Positions 29,878-38,667 of a DNA stretch of 64,000 bases are shown piece after piece. Under the pieces are notes generated by a model. That model was given only the letters and a program-made list of their open reading frames with translations. It did not search any database and was not told where the DNA came from. The stretch is from Winogradskyella sp. (GTDB taxonomy: Bacteria > Bacteroidota > Bacteroidia > Flavobacteriales > Flavobacteriaceae): contig NZ_CBFHMI010000004.1 in assembly GCF_965656915.1 (NCBI RefSeq), positions 14,125-78,124 of the forward strand. Direction: 5' to 3'. The position numbers and the translations under genes were made by a program. Position 1 is the first letter of the stretch, and every line of letters begins with the position of its first letter.

Positions 29878-29921
29878 TAAAATTAGTGTGATTTGTGTGT
29901 TAAAAAACATGACATAAGTCA
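29878..29921 (-). promoter_or_regulatory. susC promoter: -7 box and CRP/FNR-like box
   Basis: Minus strand TAATTTTA (29878-29885); TGACATAAGTCA at 29910-29921. Confidence 0.5.
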
Positions 29922-29937
29922 CGAAAACGTTTTCGTG
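29920..29937. promoter_or_regulatory. LacI-family operator
   Basis: Perfect 18-bp palindrome CACGAAAACGTTTTCGTG with the central AAACGTTT typical of LacI/GalR sites, between susC and the LacI gene. Confidence 0.8.
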
Positions 29938-30092
29938 TTAAAAACTTTTTAACTAAAATTAACATTTGTAGAAAATTATTGAAAAAATGAAGATTTCGCA
30001 ATTTTAAATAGTTAAAATTATGACATCCTAAATCCAGCTAGAATTAATTTTAGTTTATCTTCGTCATTTAGCATACTTTTTGTAACTAGAAT

Positions 30093-31142
30093 ATGAAGCG
30101 AAAAATTACCCTTAAACAAATTGCTCGAGAATTAGATGTTTCTATTTCTACAGTCTCTAAAGCATTGAGAAATAGCGCAGAAATTAGTGAAGATACCAAG
30201 CAAAAAGTTCAAGCTTTTGCTAAACTCTATAATTATAGACCTAATAATATTGCTTTAAGCCTTAAAAACAGAAAAACAAATACTATAGGTATAATTATAC
30301 CAGAAATAGTACATCACTTTTTTTCTAATGTTATAAGTGGTGTAGAAAATATTGCTAATAAGAGAGGTTATAATGTGATTATTGGTCTTTCAAATGAGTC
30401 GTTTTCTAAGGAAGTAATTAATATGGAAATGCTTGCTAATGGCAGTATAGATGGATTTATACTTTCTATTTCCAAGGAAACTTTACAATTACAAGATTAT
30501 CATCATTTTAATGAGACTATAAGTCAAGGTATGCCAATTGTAATGTTTGATAGGGTGGTGCCAGATATAAAATGCGATAAAGTTATAGTAGATGATTTTA
30601 ACGGTGCTAAAACTGCGGTTAAGAAGCTCATTGATAATGATTGCAAATCTATTGCCTTAATAACTACAAAAGATTATGTAAGTGTTGGTAAACTAAGAAC
30701 ACAAGGTTATCTTGAGGCATTAGAAGAACATCAAATAACACCACAGGCAGAATTAATTTTGAAACTTGATGATACCTTAAATTACGACGAACATTTAGAT
30801 ACCTTAGAAGCAGAAATAGAATCTCTTTTTTCGTCTAATAAAAATATAGATGGTGTGTTTGCTGTTAATGAACTTTACGCATTATCTGCTATGAAAGTAG
30901 CTCGTAAATTAGGTTATAAAATACCAGAAGACATTCAGGTGGTTGGTTTTAGTGATGGTGTTTTAGCAAAACATTCAACGCCTGGATTAACAACAGTAAG
31001 TCAACATGCTCAACAAATGGGAGAAAAGGCAGCGGATCTATTAATCGATAAGTTAGAGAATGAATTTAATACAGATATAGAAGAAGAATATCAAACGGTT
31101 GTAATTACAACGGATTTAATAGAAAGAGAGTCTACCAAATAG
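30093..31142 (+). CDS. LacI-family regulator of the alpha-glucan PUL
   Basis: TLKQIARELDVSISTVSKAL, YRPNNIA.SL, P.V.FDR, IPEDI.VVGF.D. Confidence 0.95.
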   Translation: MKRKITLKQIARELDVSISTVSKALRNSAEISEDTKQKVQAFAKLYNYRPNNIALSLKNRKTNTIGIIIPEIVHHFFSNVISGVENIANKRGYNVIIGLSNESFSKEVINMEMLANGSIDGFILSISKETLQLQDYHHFNETISQGMPIVMFDRVVPDIKCDKVIVDDFNGAKTAVKKLIDNDCKSIALITTKDYVSVGKLRTQGYLEALEEHQITPQAELILKLDDTLNYDEHLDTLEAEIESLFSSNKNIDGVFAVNELYALSAMKVARKLGYKIPEDIQVVGFSDGVLAKHSTPGLTTVSQHAQQMGEKAADLLIDKLENEFNTDIEEEYQTVVITTDLIERESTK

Positions 31143-31189
31143 AAATTTAACATTGCCAATCTAAAATATTGTATATCTTTACAGCATAA

Positions 31190-31229
31190 ATCAAAACTTA
31201 TATTTTCACTTCTACACATAAGTTTTGAT
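31190..31229 (+). other. 5'-leader hairpin of the MFS operon
   Basis: 12-bp perfect stem ATCAAAACTTAT/ATAAGTTTTGAT with a 16-nt loop, just after TATCTTTA (31174-31181). Confidence 0.7.
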
Positions 31230-31273
31230 AAGCGAAGCTTGTCAGAATAGTATTAATTAAACATACTATTTTA

Positions 31274-32635
31274 ATGAAAAAGCGTACACTAGGTTTTTGG
31301 GAAATCTGGAACATGAGTTTCGGTTTCTTAGGAATTCAAATGGGATTTGCCCTCCAGAATGCTAACGCAAGTAGAATTTTACAAATTTTTGGTGCCGATG
31401 TTCACGAATTGTCGTGGTTCTGGCTAATTGCGCCATTTATGGGGCTAATCGTTCAACCTATAATTGGCCATTACAGTGATAATACTTGGACAAGATTTGG
31501 TCGTAGAAAGCCTTTCTTTTTATTAGGAGCTGTTTTAGCATCTATAGGGATGGTACTTATTCCTCAAGCTGATTTTATGATAGCTATTCTTCCAGCGCTA
31601 TGGGTTGGAGCAGGAATGTTAATGATTATGGATGCGTCATTTAATATTGCTATGGAGCCATTTAGAGCATTGGTAGCCGACAATCTTTCAGATGAACAAA
31701 CCACCAAAGGATTTAGTATACAAACAGCTTTAATTGGTATTGGTGCGGTAATAGGATCATGGCTTCCTTGGATGTTAGCCAATTGGTTTGGAGTTGCTAA
31801 AGTTTCTGAAGAAGGTACAGTTCCAGCCAACCTCTTATGGTCATTTATTATCGGTGCAATAGTATTAATTGTATCTATTTTAATTACCATTTTTACAACT
31901 AAAGAATATTCTCCTGAGGAGCTAGCACAATTTGAAGCAGCAAAAAATCCGGATGCAGTTAAAGATGAAGGTGAAGAACAAAAAGCTAAACTGACTGATA
32001 TTTTTGAAGATTTTAGAAAAATGCCAGAAACAATGAGGCAGTTGAGTTGGGTTCAATTTTTCTCTTGGTTTGCTTTATTCGGAATGTGGGTTTTTGCAGT
32101 TCCTGCTATTGCTCAACATATTTATGGATTACCGGCAGAAGACTCTAGTAGTGAGACCTACCAGCAAGCAGGTAACTGGGTAGGTATTCTTTTTGGTATT
32201 TATAATGGTATTTCGGCAATATTCGCATTTCTTTTACCTGTATTAGCAAAAAGGATAAGTAGAAAGAAAACCCATGCATATGCACTATTCGTTGGTGGTA
32301 TAGGTCTAATATTGATCTATTTTATGCCAAATGAAAATTGGCTAATTCTTCCTATGATATGTATAGGAATTGCTTGGGCAAGTATCCTGTCTATGCCTTA
32401 TGCTATGTTAGCAGGTTCTATTTCAGCAATAAAGATGGGGGTTTATATGGGTATTTTTAATTTTTTCATTGTAATTCCTCAAATTATTAATGGAATAATT
32501 GGTGGGCCACTTGTTAAATATGCTTACGGTAATCAAGCAATTTTTGCTTTAATTGTAAGTGGAATAAGTTTTATAATTGCTGGCTTTTTATCATTTAAAA
32601 TAAACGACAAAAAAGATAAGGTATTGAATGCATAA
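31274..32635 (+). CDS. MFS maltose/maltooligosaccharide transporter
   Basis: IWNMSFGFLGIQ.GFALQ, QPIIG..SD.TW...GRRKPF, WASIL.MPYAML, MGIFNFFIVIPQ. Confidence 0.9.
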   Translation: MKKRTLGFWEIWNMSFGFLGIQMGFALQNANASRILQIFGADVHELSWFWLIAPFMGLIVQPIIGHYSDNTWTRFGRRKPFFLLGAVLASIGMVLIPQADFMIAILPALWVGAGMLMIMDASFNIAMEPFRALVADNLSDEQTTKGFSIQTALIGIGAVIGSWLPWMLANWFGVAKVSEEGTVPANLLWSFIIGAIVLIVSILITIFTTKEYSPEELAQFEAAKNPDAVKDEGEEQKAKLTDIFEDFRKMPETMRQLSWVQFFSWFALFGMWVFAVPAIAQHIYGLPAEDSSSETYQQAGNWVGILFGIYNGISAIFAFLLPVLAKRISRKKTHAYALFVGGIGLILIYFMPNENWLILPMICIGIAWASILSMPYAMLAGSISAIKMGVYMGIFNFFIVIPQIINGIIGGPLVKYAYGNQAIFALIVSGISFIIAGFLSFKINDKKDKVLNA

Positions 32636-33284
32636 AAAAGGTTTCATATTCGATTTAGATGGTGTTATTGTAGACACTGCAAAATATCATTTTTTAGCTT
32701 GGAAAAAACTTGCCAGCAGTTTAGACATAGATTTTACTGAAGAAGAAAACGAACAACTAAAAGGTGTAAGCAGAGTACGTTCTTTAGAAAAAATATTGTC
32801 TTGGGGAAATAAAACAATTTCTGAAGATAAATTTAAGAAACTCATGAGTGATAAGAATGAGGATTATCTCAGCTATATTGCTAAAATGGATGAATCTGAA
32901 ATATTGCCAGATGTACCAAAAATTTTAGATTACTTAATAGTTAATTCGCAACCTATTGCATTAGGGTCTGCGAGTAAAAACGCCAGAATTATATTAGAAC
33001 GAGTAGACTTAAAGAAGAAATTTGATGCGATTGTAGATGGAAATGATGTTAGCAAGGCTAAACCAGATCCAGAAGTATTTTTAATAGCAGCAAAACTATT
33101 AGATATAGAACCCAAAAACTGTATAGTATTTGAAGACTCAGTAGCAGGCGTTACAGCAGCAAATACAGCGAACATGATCTCAATAGGAATAGGAAGTGAA
33201 GATGTATTAGGACATGCAGATTATATCTTCAAAGATTTTACAGAAATCTCAGAAGAATTTTTACAAAAATTAATTAATAATTAA
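32628..33284 (+). CDS. pgmB: beta-phosphoglucomutase
   Basis: FDLDGVIVDTAKYH, LKGVSR, SASKNA, KPDPEVF, FEDS. Confidence 0.94.
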   Translation: MHKKGFIFDLDGVIVDTAKYHFLAWKKLASSLDIDFTEEENEQLKGVSRVRSLEKILSWGNKTISEDKFKKLMSDKNEDYLSYIAKMDESEILPDVPKILDYLIVNSQPIALGSASKNARIILERVDLKKKFDAIVDGNDVSKAKPDPEVFLIAAKLLDIEPKNCIVFEDSVAGVTAANTANMISIGIGSEDVLGHADYIFKDFTEISEEFLQKLINN

Positions 33285-33329
33285 AAAAGAAAGTCTTAAG
33301 CTATTAAGACTTTGAAATTACGATATTAC

Positions 33330-35636
33330 ATGAATCTCGATTATATAAAACCAAATGAATGGTCAATCATAGAGGAAGGGTTCGATTCAAGTCATGTTAA
33401 AGCCTCAGAAAGTTTATTTAGCATCGGAAATGGTGCCATGGGACAACGTGCAAATTTTGAAGAATCTTACTCAGGTCCTACGTTTCAAGGAAGTTATATT
33501 GCAGGTGTTTATTATCCAGATAAAACTAGAGTAGGTTGGTGGAAAAATGGCTATCCAGAATATTTTGCTAAAGTACTAAATGCTCCAAATTGGATAGGTA
33601 TTAATGTTTATATAGGTAATGAGCAATTAGATCTTCATACGTGTAAAAATGTAGAAAATTTTAAGCGAGAGCTTAATATGAAAGAAGGTTGGTTGTCCAG
33701 AAGTTTTACTGCAACATTGCCAAATGATATTCAGATAAAAGTAAGTGCTAAGCGCTTTTTAAGTTTAGAAAAGGATGAATTAGGAGCTATAGATTATAGT
33801 GTTACACTATTAAATTCAGATGCAGTAATTACGTTTCAACCTTTTCTAGATAGTGGTATTACAAATGAAGATACCAATTGGGATGATAAATTTTGGGATA
33901 CCTTAAGTGTTTCGCAAGAAGACCAAAGAGCGTTCATCCAAGCCAAGACCATGAAAACAGATTTCTATATATGTACGTTTATGGAATCTCAAATTTTTAA
34001 TAATGAAATTCAATTAAATATTAAACCAGAGATAGATAAAGCGTCTACACATATTACTTTTTCGTACCAACAAAAAGTTGACAAAGGAGATACATTATCA
34101 ATTCATAAGTTTGGTGGTTATACAGTTGATAGAAACCACGACAAGTATGAGCTAGTAACTTCAGCTAAATCAGTATTAGATAATACTGTAGCATCTGGGT
34201 TTTCAGAATTATTGGAGAAACAGAAAGAGGCTTGGTCTAAGATATGGGATATGGCAGATATCACCATTGAGGGTGATGTAAAAGCGCAACAAGGTATTCG
34301 ATTTAATATTTTTCACTTAAATCAAACGTATTTAGGAACAGACGCAAGTCTTAATATTGGACCTAAAGGATTTACAGGCGAAAAATATGGAGGAAGTACC
34401 TATTGGGATACTGAAGCCTATTGTATTCCATTTTACATGGCTACGAAAGATCAAAGTGTTGCTAGAAACCTTCTGACTTACAGATATAATCATTTAGAAA
34501 AGGCTATTGAAAATGCCGAAAAGTTAGGCTTTAAAAATGGTGCTGCATTATACCCAATGGTAACTATGAATGGTGAAGAGTGCCATAACGAATGGGAAAT
34601 AACTTTCGAGGAAATTCACAGAAACGGGGCAATTGCTTTTGCTATTTTTAATTACCATCGTTATACAGGTGATTTCAGTTACATTCCTGAAATGGGATTA
34701 GAAGTACTTATTGGTATTGCACGTTTCTGGCATCAAAGAGCCACATTTTCTACAAATAAAAACAAGTATGTCATTCTCGGAGTAACGGGTCCTAACGAAT
34801 ACGAAAATAACGTCAACAACAACTGGTATACAAATTATATCGCGCAATGGTGTATAAATTATGCAATTGAAAACATAGCAAAAGTACAAGCTTATTACTC
34901 TTCAGATTATACACGTATAATGAATAAGTCGAAATTATCTAAGGCTGAAATGAAAGAGTGGAAATCTGTTGCAGACAATATGTATTTTCCACATTCAGAT
35001 AAGCATCAAGTATATCTTCAACAAGACGGTTTTTTAGATAAAGAATTAATAACAGTTTCAAATTTAGATAAATCACAACGACCAATCAATCAAAAATGGT
35101 CTTGGGACAGGATATTACGATCGCCATACATAAAGCAAGCAGATACCTTACAAGGGTTTTACTTTTTTGAAGATCATTTTACAACGGAAGAATTAGAACG
35201 TCATTTCGATTTTTACGAACCATTTACAGTTCACGAAAGTTCTCTCTCACCTTGCGTACATAGTATTCAGGCAGCAAAATTAGATCGTATGGAGCAAGCC
35301 TACACCTTCTATTTAAGAACGTCACGATTAGATTTAGACGATTATAACCATGAAGTACATGAAGGGCTTCATATTACATCTATGGCTGGTACATGGATGA
35401 GTATTGTAGAAGGGTTTGGGGGAATGCGAGTAAAAAACAATCAATTAACCTTTGAACCTAAAATACCTAAACAATGGGATGCATATTCGTTTAAAGTAAA
35501 TTTCAGACATCAAATATTAAAGGTAATTGTTAATCAAAATGAAACGCATTTTGAATTAGAAGGTAATACAGATTTACAGATTATAGTCAATGGTAAAACA
35601 GTAACAATATCGCCGAATAATTTGGTAACCGTTTAA
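33330..35636 (+). CDS. GH65 maltose phosphorylase
   Basis: ESLFSIGNG.MG.R, GPKGFTGEKYGG..YWDTE, GPNEY, IKQAD, VHESSLS; ATG 33330 preferred because TTG 33312 lies in a hairpin. Confidence 0.92.
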   Translation: MNLDYIKPNEWSIIEEGFDSSHVKASESLFSIGNGAMGQRANFEESYSGPTFQGSYIAGVYYPDKTRVGWWKNGYPEYFAKVLNAPNWIGINVYIGNEQLDLHTCKNVENFKRELNMKEGWLSRSFTATLPNDIQIKVSAKRFLSLEKDELGAIDYSVTLLNSDAVITFQPFLDSGITNEDTNWDDKFWDTLSVSQEDQRAFIQAKTMKTDFYICTFMESQIFNNEIQLNIKPEIDKASTHITFSYQQKVDKGDTLSIHKFGGYTVDRNHDKYELVTSAKSVLDNTVASGFSELLEKQKEAWSKIWDMADITIEGDVKAQQGIRFNIFHLNQTYLGTDASLNIGPKGFTGEKYGGSTYWDTEAYCIPFYMATKDQSVARNLLTYRYNHLEKAIENAEKLGFKNGAALYPMVTMNGEECHNEWEITFEEIHRNGAIAFAIFNYHRYTGDFSYIPEMGLEVLIGIARFWHQRATFSTNKNKYVILGVTGPNEYENNVNNNWYTNYIAQWCINYAIENIAKVQAYYSSDYTRIMNKSKLSKAEMKEWKSVADNMYFPHSDKHQVYLQQDGFLDKELITVSNLDKSQRPINQKWSWDRILRSPYIKQADTLQGFYFFEDHFTTEELERHFDFYEPFTVHESSLSPCVHSIQAAKLDRMEQAYTFYLRTSRLDLDDYNHEVHEGLHITSMAGTWMSIVEGFGGMRVKNNQLTFEPKIPKQWDAYSFKVNFRHQILKVIVNQNETHFELEGNTDLQIIVNGKTVTISPNNLVTV

Positions 35637-35682
35637 GAGTATTGATTTCGCCTCGAATCAAGAATATTAAAATATAATACGT

Positions 35683-37650
35683 ATGAAACATACATTGAGA
35701 ATTCTAACAGCATTTGTATTCCTTATTTTGATGTCTTGTAAAGAGAAAGCATCCAATACAGATAAATCTGCTTCATCTGAATCAGTTTTTGTTGAAGTTA
35801 ATGATATAGAACGAATTGAACCACCAAATTGGTGGGTCGGTTTTAGAAGCGATAGTCTTCAGCTTTTAGTGAAGCATCCCAATATTTCAGATTATATACC
35901 TAATATAAATTATTCTGGGATTTCTATTGAGAAGGTTTCAAAAGGAAATAACAGTGACAACTATTTGTTCATCGATTTAAAAATATCAAAATCAACATCT
36001 GCTGGTAAATTCAATATTAAATTCAAAAATGATAACGATGAAGAGTTAATAGCCTCTTACGAGTTAAAAGAACGTATAAAACCTGCTGAAGATTATGTGG
36101 GTTTTGATAGTTCTGATGCTATTTATTTAATAACTCCAGATCGTTTTGTTAACGGAGTTACAACTAACGATACTCCAATGGCTAAAGAAGGAGGATCGCA
36201 ATTACAAGAAAAAACTGTTAATAGAAGTGACGATTACGCCAGACATGGTGGAGATATAGCAGGTATCACAAAACATATTGATTATATCCATAACTTAGGT
36301 TTTACAGCGGTATGGCCTCAACCATTGTTGACTAATGATATGAAACAAGGGTCTTACCATGGTTATGCAGTCACCGATTTATATGAAATCGATCCACGTT
36401 TTGGAAATTTAGAAGAGTACCAAGAGTTGTCAGCTAAGCTAAAAGAAAAAGGCATGAAGTTGGTTATGGATCAAGTCGCAAATCATTGTGGTTTGTACCA
36501 TTGGTGGATGAAAGATTTACCTTTTAATGATTGGGTGAATCTTCAAGATAATTTTGAAGAGAACTTAGAAAATTGGGGCAATTCATATACTATAAATTCC
36601 AATCACAGGCGCACCACAAATCAAGATATTTATGCTTCTAAAGCAGACCACGAAGGTATGAACGAAGGTTGGTTTGTAGCTACAATGCCAGATTTAAACC
36701 AACAGAATCCATATATGGCTAAGTACATTATTCAAAATAGTATATGGTGGATCGAGACGGCGCAATTAAGCGGTATTCGTCAGGATACCTATCCTTATCC
36801 AGACAAAGATTTTATGAGTGATTGGGCAGGAGCGATTATGACGGAATATCCAAACTTTAGTATCGTTGGTGAGGAATGGAGCTACAATCCATTACTTATT
36901 GGCTACTGGCAAGAAGGGGCAAATAATAAAGATGGTTATGATTCTAACCTAAGATCGACCATGGATTTTGCTATGCAGAACTTAGTGGTTGAAGGAATTA
37001 AAGAAGAAGAGTCATGGGATAAAGGTTTGGTGAAAATTTATGAAGGTTTAGCTAACGATTTTCATTATGCAAGTCCAAAAGATATTATGGTGTTTCCAGA
37101 TAACCATGATATGAGTCGCATTTTCACACAAATGGATGGTGATGTTACCAATACAAAAATGGCTATGGCAACTTACGCTATAATGCCAAGAATTATCCAA
37201 ATGTATTATGGTACAGAAATCTTGATGAACGATTTTGAAAAACCAGGAGATCATGGATTAATTCGTACGGATTTCCCAGGTGGTTGGCAAGGTGATACCG
37301 TAAATGCATTTACTGGAGAAGGACTTACCGACGCGCAAAAGGATATGCAATTATTTATTAAAAAGCTATTCAATTATAGAAAGGATAGTAAGGCTATTCA
37401 TGAAGGTCAAACGGTTCATTTTGCGCCATTTGTAGGTGCCTATTTTTTGTATAGAACTTTAGGAGAAGAAACCGTAGTTTTAATATTAAATAAAAACGAA
37501 GACATTATCACTATAGATCTTAATTACCATGACGAAATGGGGCTTAAAGGTAAAACGCTGAAAAATATCATTACTGGCGAAACTATTAAATGGGGAGATG
37601 TGATGGATCTAAAATCTAAAGGTGTTACAATACTAACAACTAAGCTTTAA
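35683..37650 (+). CDS. GH13 cyclomaltodextrinase/neopullulanase (SusA-like)
   Basis: IERIEPPNWWVG, YLITPDRF, SYHGY, DQVANH, GIRQDT, GEEW, NHD. Confidence 0.9.
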   Translation: MKHTLRILTAFVFLILMSCKEKASNTDKSASSESVFVEVNDIERIEPPNWWVGFRSDSLQLLVKHPNISDYIPNINYSGISIEKVSKGNNSDNYLFIDLKISKSTSAGKFNIKFKNDNDEELIASYELKERIKPAEDYVGFDSSDAIYLITPDRFVNGVTTNDTPMAKEGGSQLQEKTVNRSDDYARHGGDIAGITKHIDYIHNLGFTAVWPQPLLTNDMKQGSYHGYAVTDLYEIDPRFGNLEEYQELSAKLKEKGMKLVMDQVANHCGLYHWWMKDLPFNDWVNLQDNFEENLENWGNSYTINSNHRRTTNQDIYASKADHEGMNEGWFVATMPDLNQQNPYMAKYIIQNSIWWIETAQLSGIRQDTYPYPDKDFMSDWAGAIMTEYPNFSIVGEEWSYNPLLIGYWQEGANNKDGYDSNLRSTMDFAMQNLVVEGIKEEESWDKGLVKIYEGLANDFHYASPKDIMVFPDNHDMSRIFTQMDGDVTNTKMAMATYAIMPRIIQMYYGTEILMNDFEKPGDHGLIRTDFPGGWQGDTVNAFTGEGLTDAQKDMQLFIKKLFNYRKDSKAIHEGQTVHFAPFVGAYFLYRTLGEETVVLILNKNEDIITIDLNYHDEMGLKGKTLKNIITGETIKWGDVMDLKSKGVTILTTKL

Positions 37651-37652
37651 AC

Positions 37653-38624
37653 ATGAAAAAAATAATTTTTATTTTAATTATTTGCTTAAGTTTTTCATGT
37701 AAAAGTGAAAAAGAGGTTAAAGACGATAAGTTTGAAGTGAAGGTAGAAGATGCGACTTATAAATTGGAAAACGTAGATGATGCCATACTATTTGCTGGAG
37801 AATTAATGAGAGTCAATAGTTTTCCATCAAATTATATCACACCAAGACCAGTTGATGTTTGGTTACCAAAAGACTATTCAAAAGATAACAAATATAGTGT
37901 GCTGTACATGCACGATGGGCAAATGTTGTTTGATAGTACCGCAACGTGGAATAAGCAAGAATGGAAAGTCGATGAGTGGGCAACGGAATTAATGGATACA
38001 GATAAAACCAAAGATTTTATTGTAGTAGCCATACACAACATTCCACAAATTCGTTGGCAAGATTTATACCCTCAAAAGTCGTTTGATTTTATTGATGAAA
38101 GCATCAAAGATTCTTTGGTGGATATTGCAGGTAGTAAAAATATAAAGCTCAATGGTGACAACTATTTAAGATTTTTGGTTGAAGAATTAAAACCTATAAT
38201 TGATAGTTCATATTCTGTCTATACAGATATGGAAAATACCTTTGTTATGGGCTCAAGTATGGGAGGTTTAATGTCAATGTACGCCATAAGTGAATATCCC
38301 AAGGTTTTTGGTGGTGCTGCATGTTTATCTACACATTGGCCAGGAGCAATGCCAATGGAAGACAATCCATATCCTGAAGCTATTTTTAATTATATGGAAG
38401 CCAATTTACCGAAAGCAGGTGACCACAAATTATATTTTGATTATGGTAACAAAACCTTGGATCAACATTACCCTAAATACGCACCAAGAGTTGATGAAAT
38501 CCTAAAAGGAAAAGGCTATACAGAAAAGGATTCGAAGAACTTATTTTTTGAAGGAACAGATCATTCTGAAAATTCATGGAATCAGCGCTTAGATCAACCA
38601 TTAACATTTTTTTTAGGTAAATAG
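37653..38624 (+). CDS. alpha/beta-hydrolase (putative esterase) lipoprotein
   Basis: VWLP..Y, YMHDGQ, GSSMGG nucleophile elbow, H.E.SW. Confidence 0.85.
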   Translation: MKKIIFILIICLSFSCKSEKEVKDDKFEVKVEDATYKLENVDDAILFAGELMRVNSFPSNYITPRPVDVWLPKDYSKDNKYSVLYMHDGQMLFDSTATWNKQEWKVDEWATELMDTDKTKDFIVVAIHNIPQIRWQDLYPQKSFDFIDESIKDSLVDIAGSKNIKLNGDNYLRFLVEELKPIIDSSYSVYTDMENTFVMGSSMGGLMSMYAISEYPKVFGGAACLSTHWPGAMPMEDNPYPEAIFNYMEANLPKAGDHKLYFDYGNKTLDQHYPKYAPRVDEILKGKGYTEKDSKNLFFEGTDHSENSWNQRLDQPLTFFLGK

Positions 38625-38667
38625 TACCTCATTCTAAACTCGTTTTAGAACCACAAAAAGTAATAAT

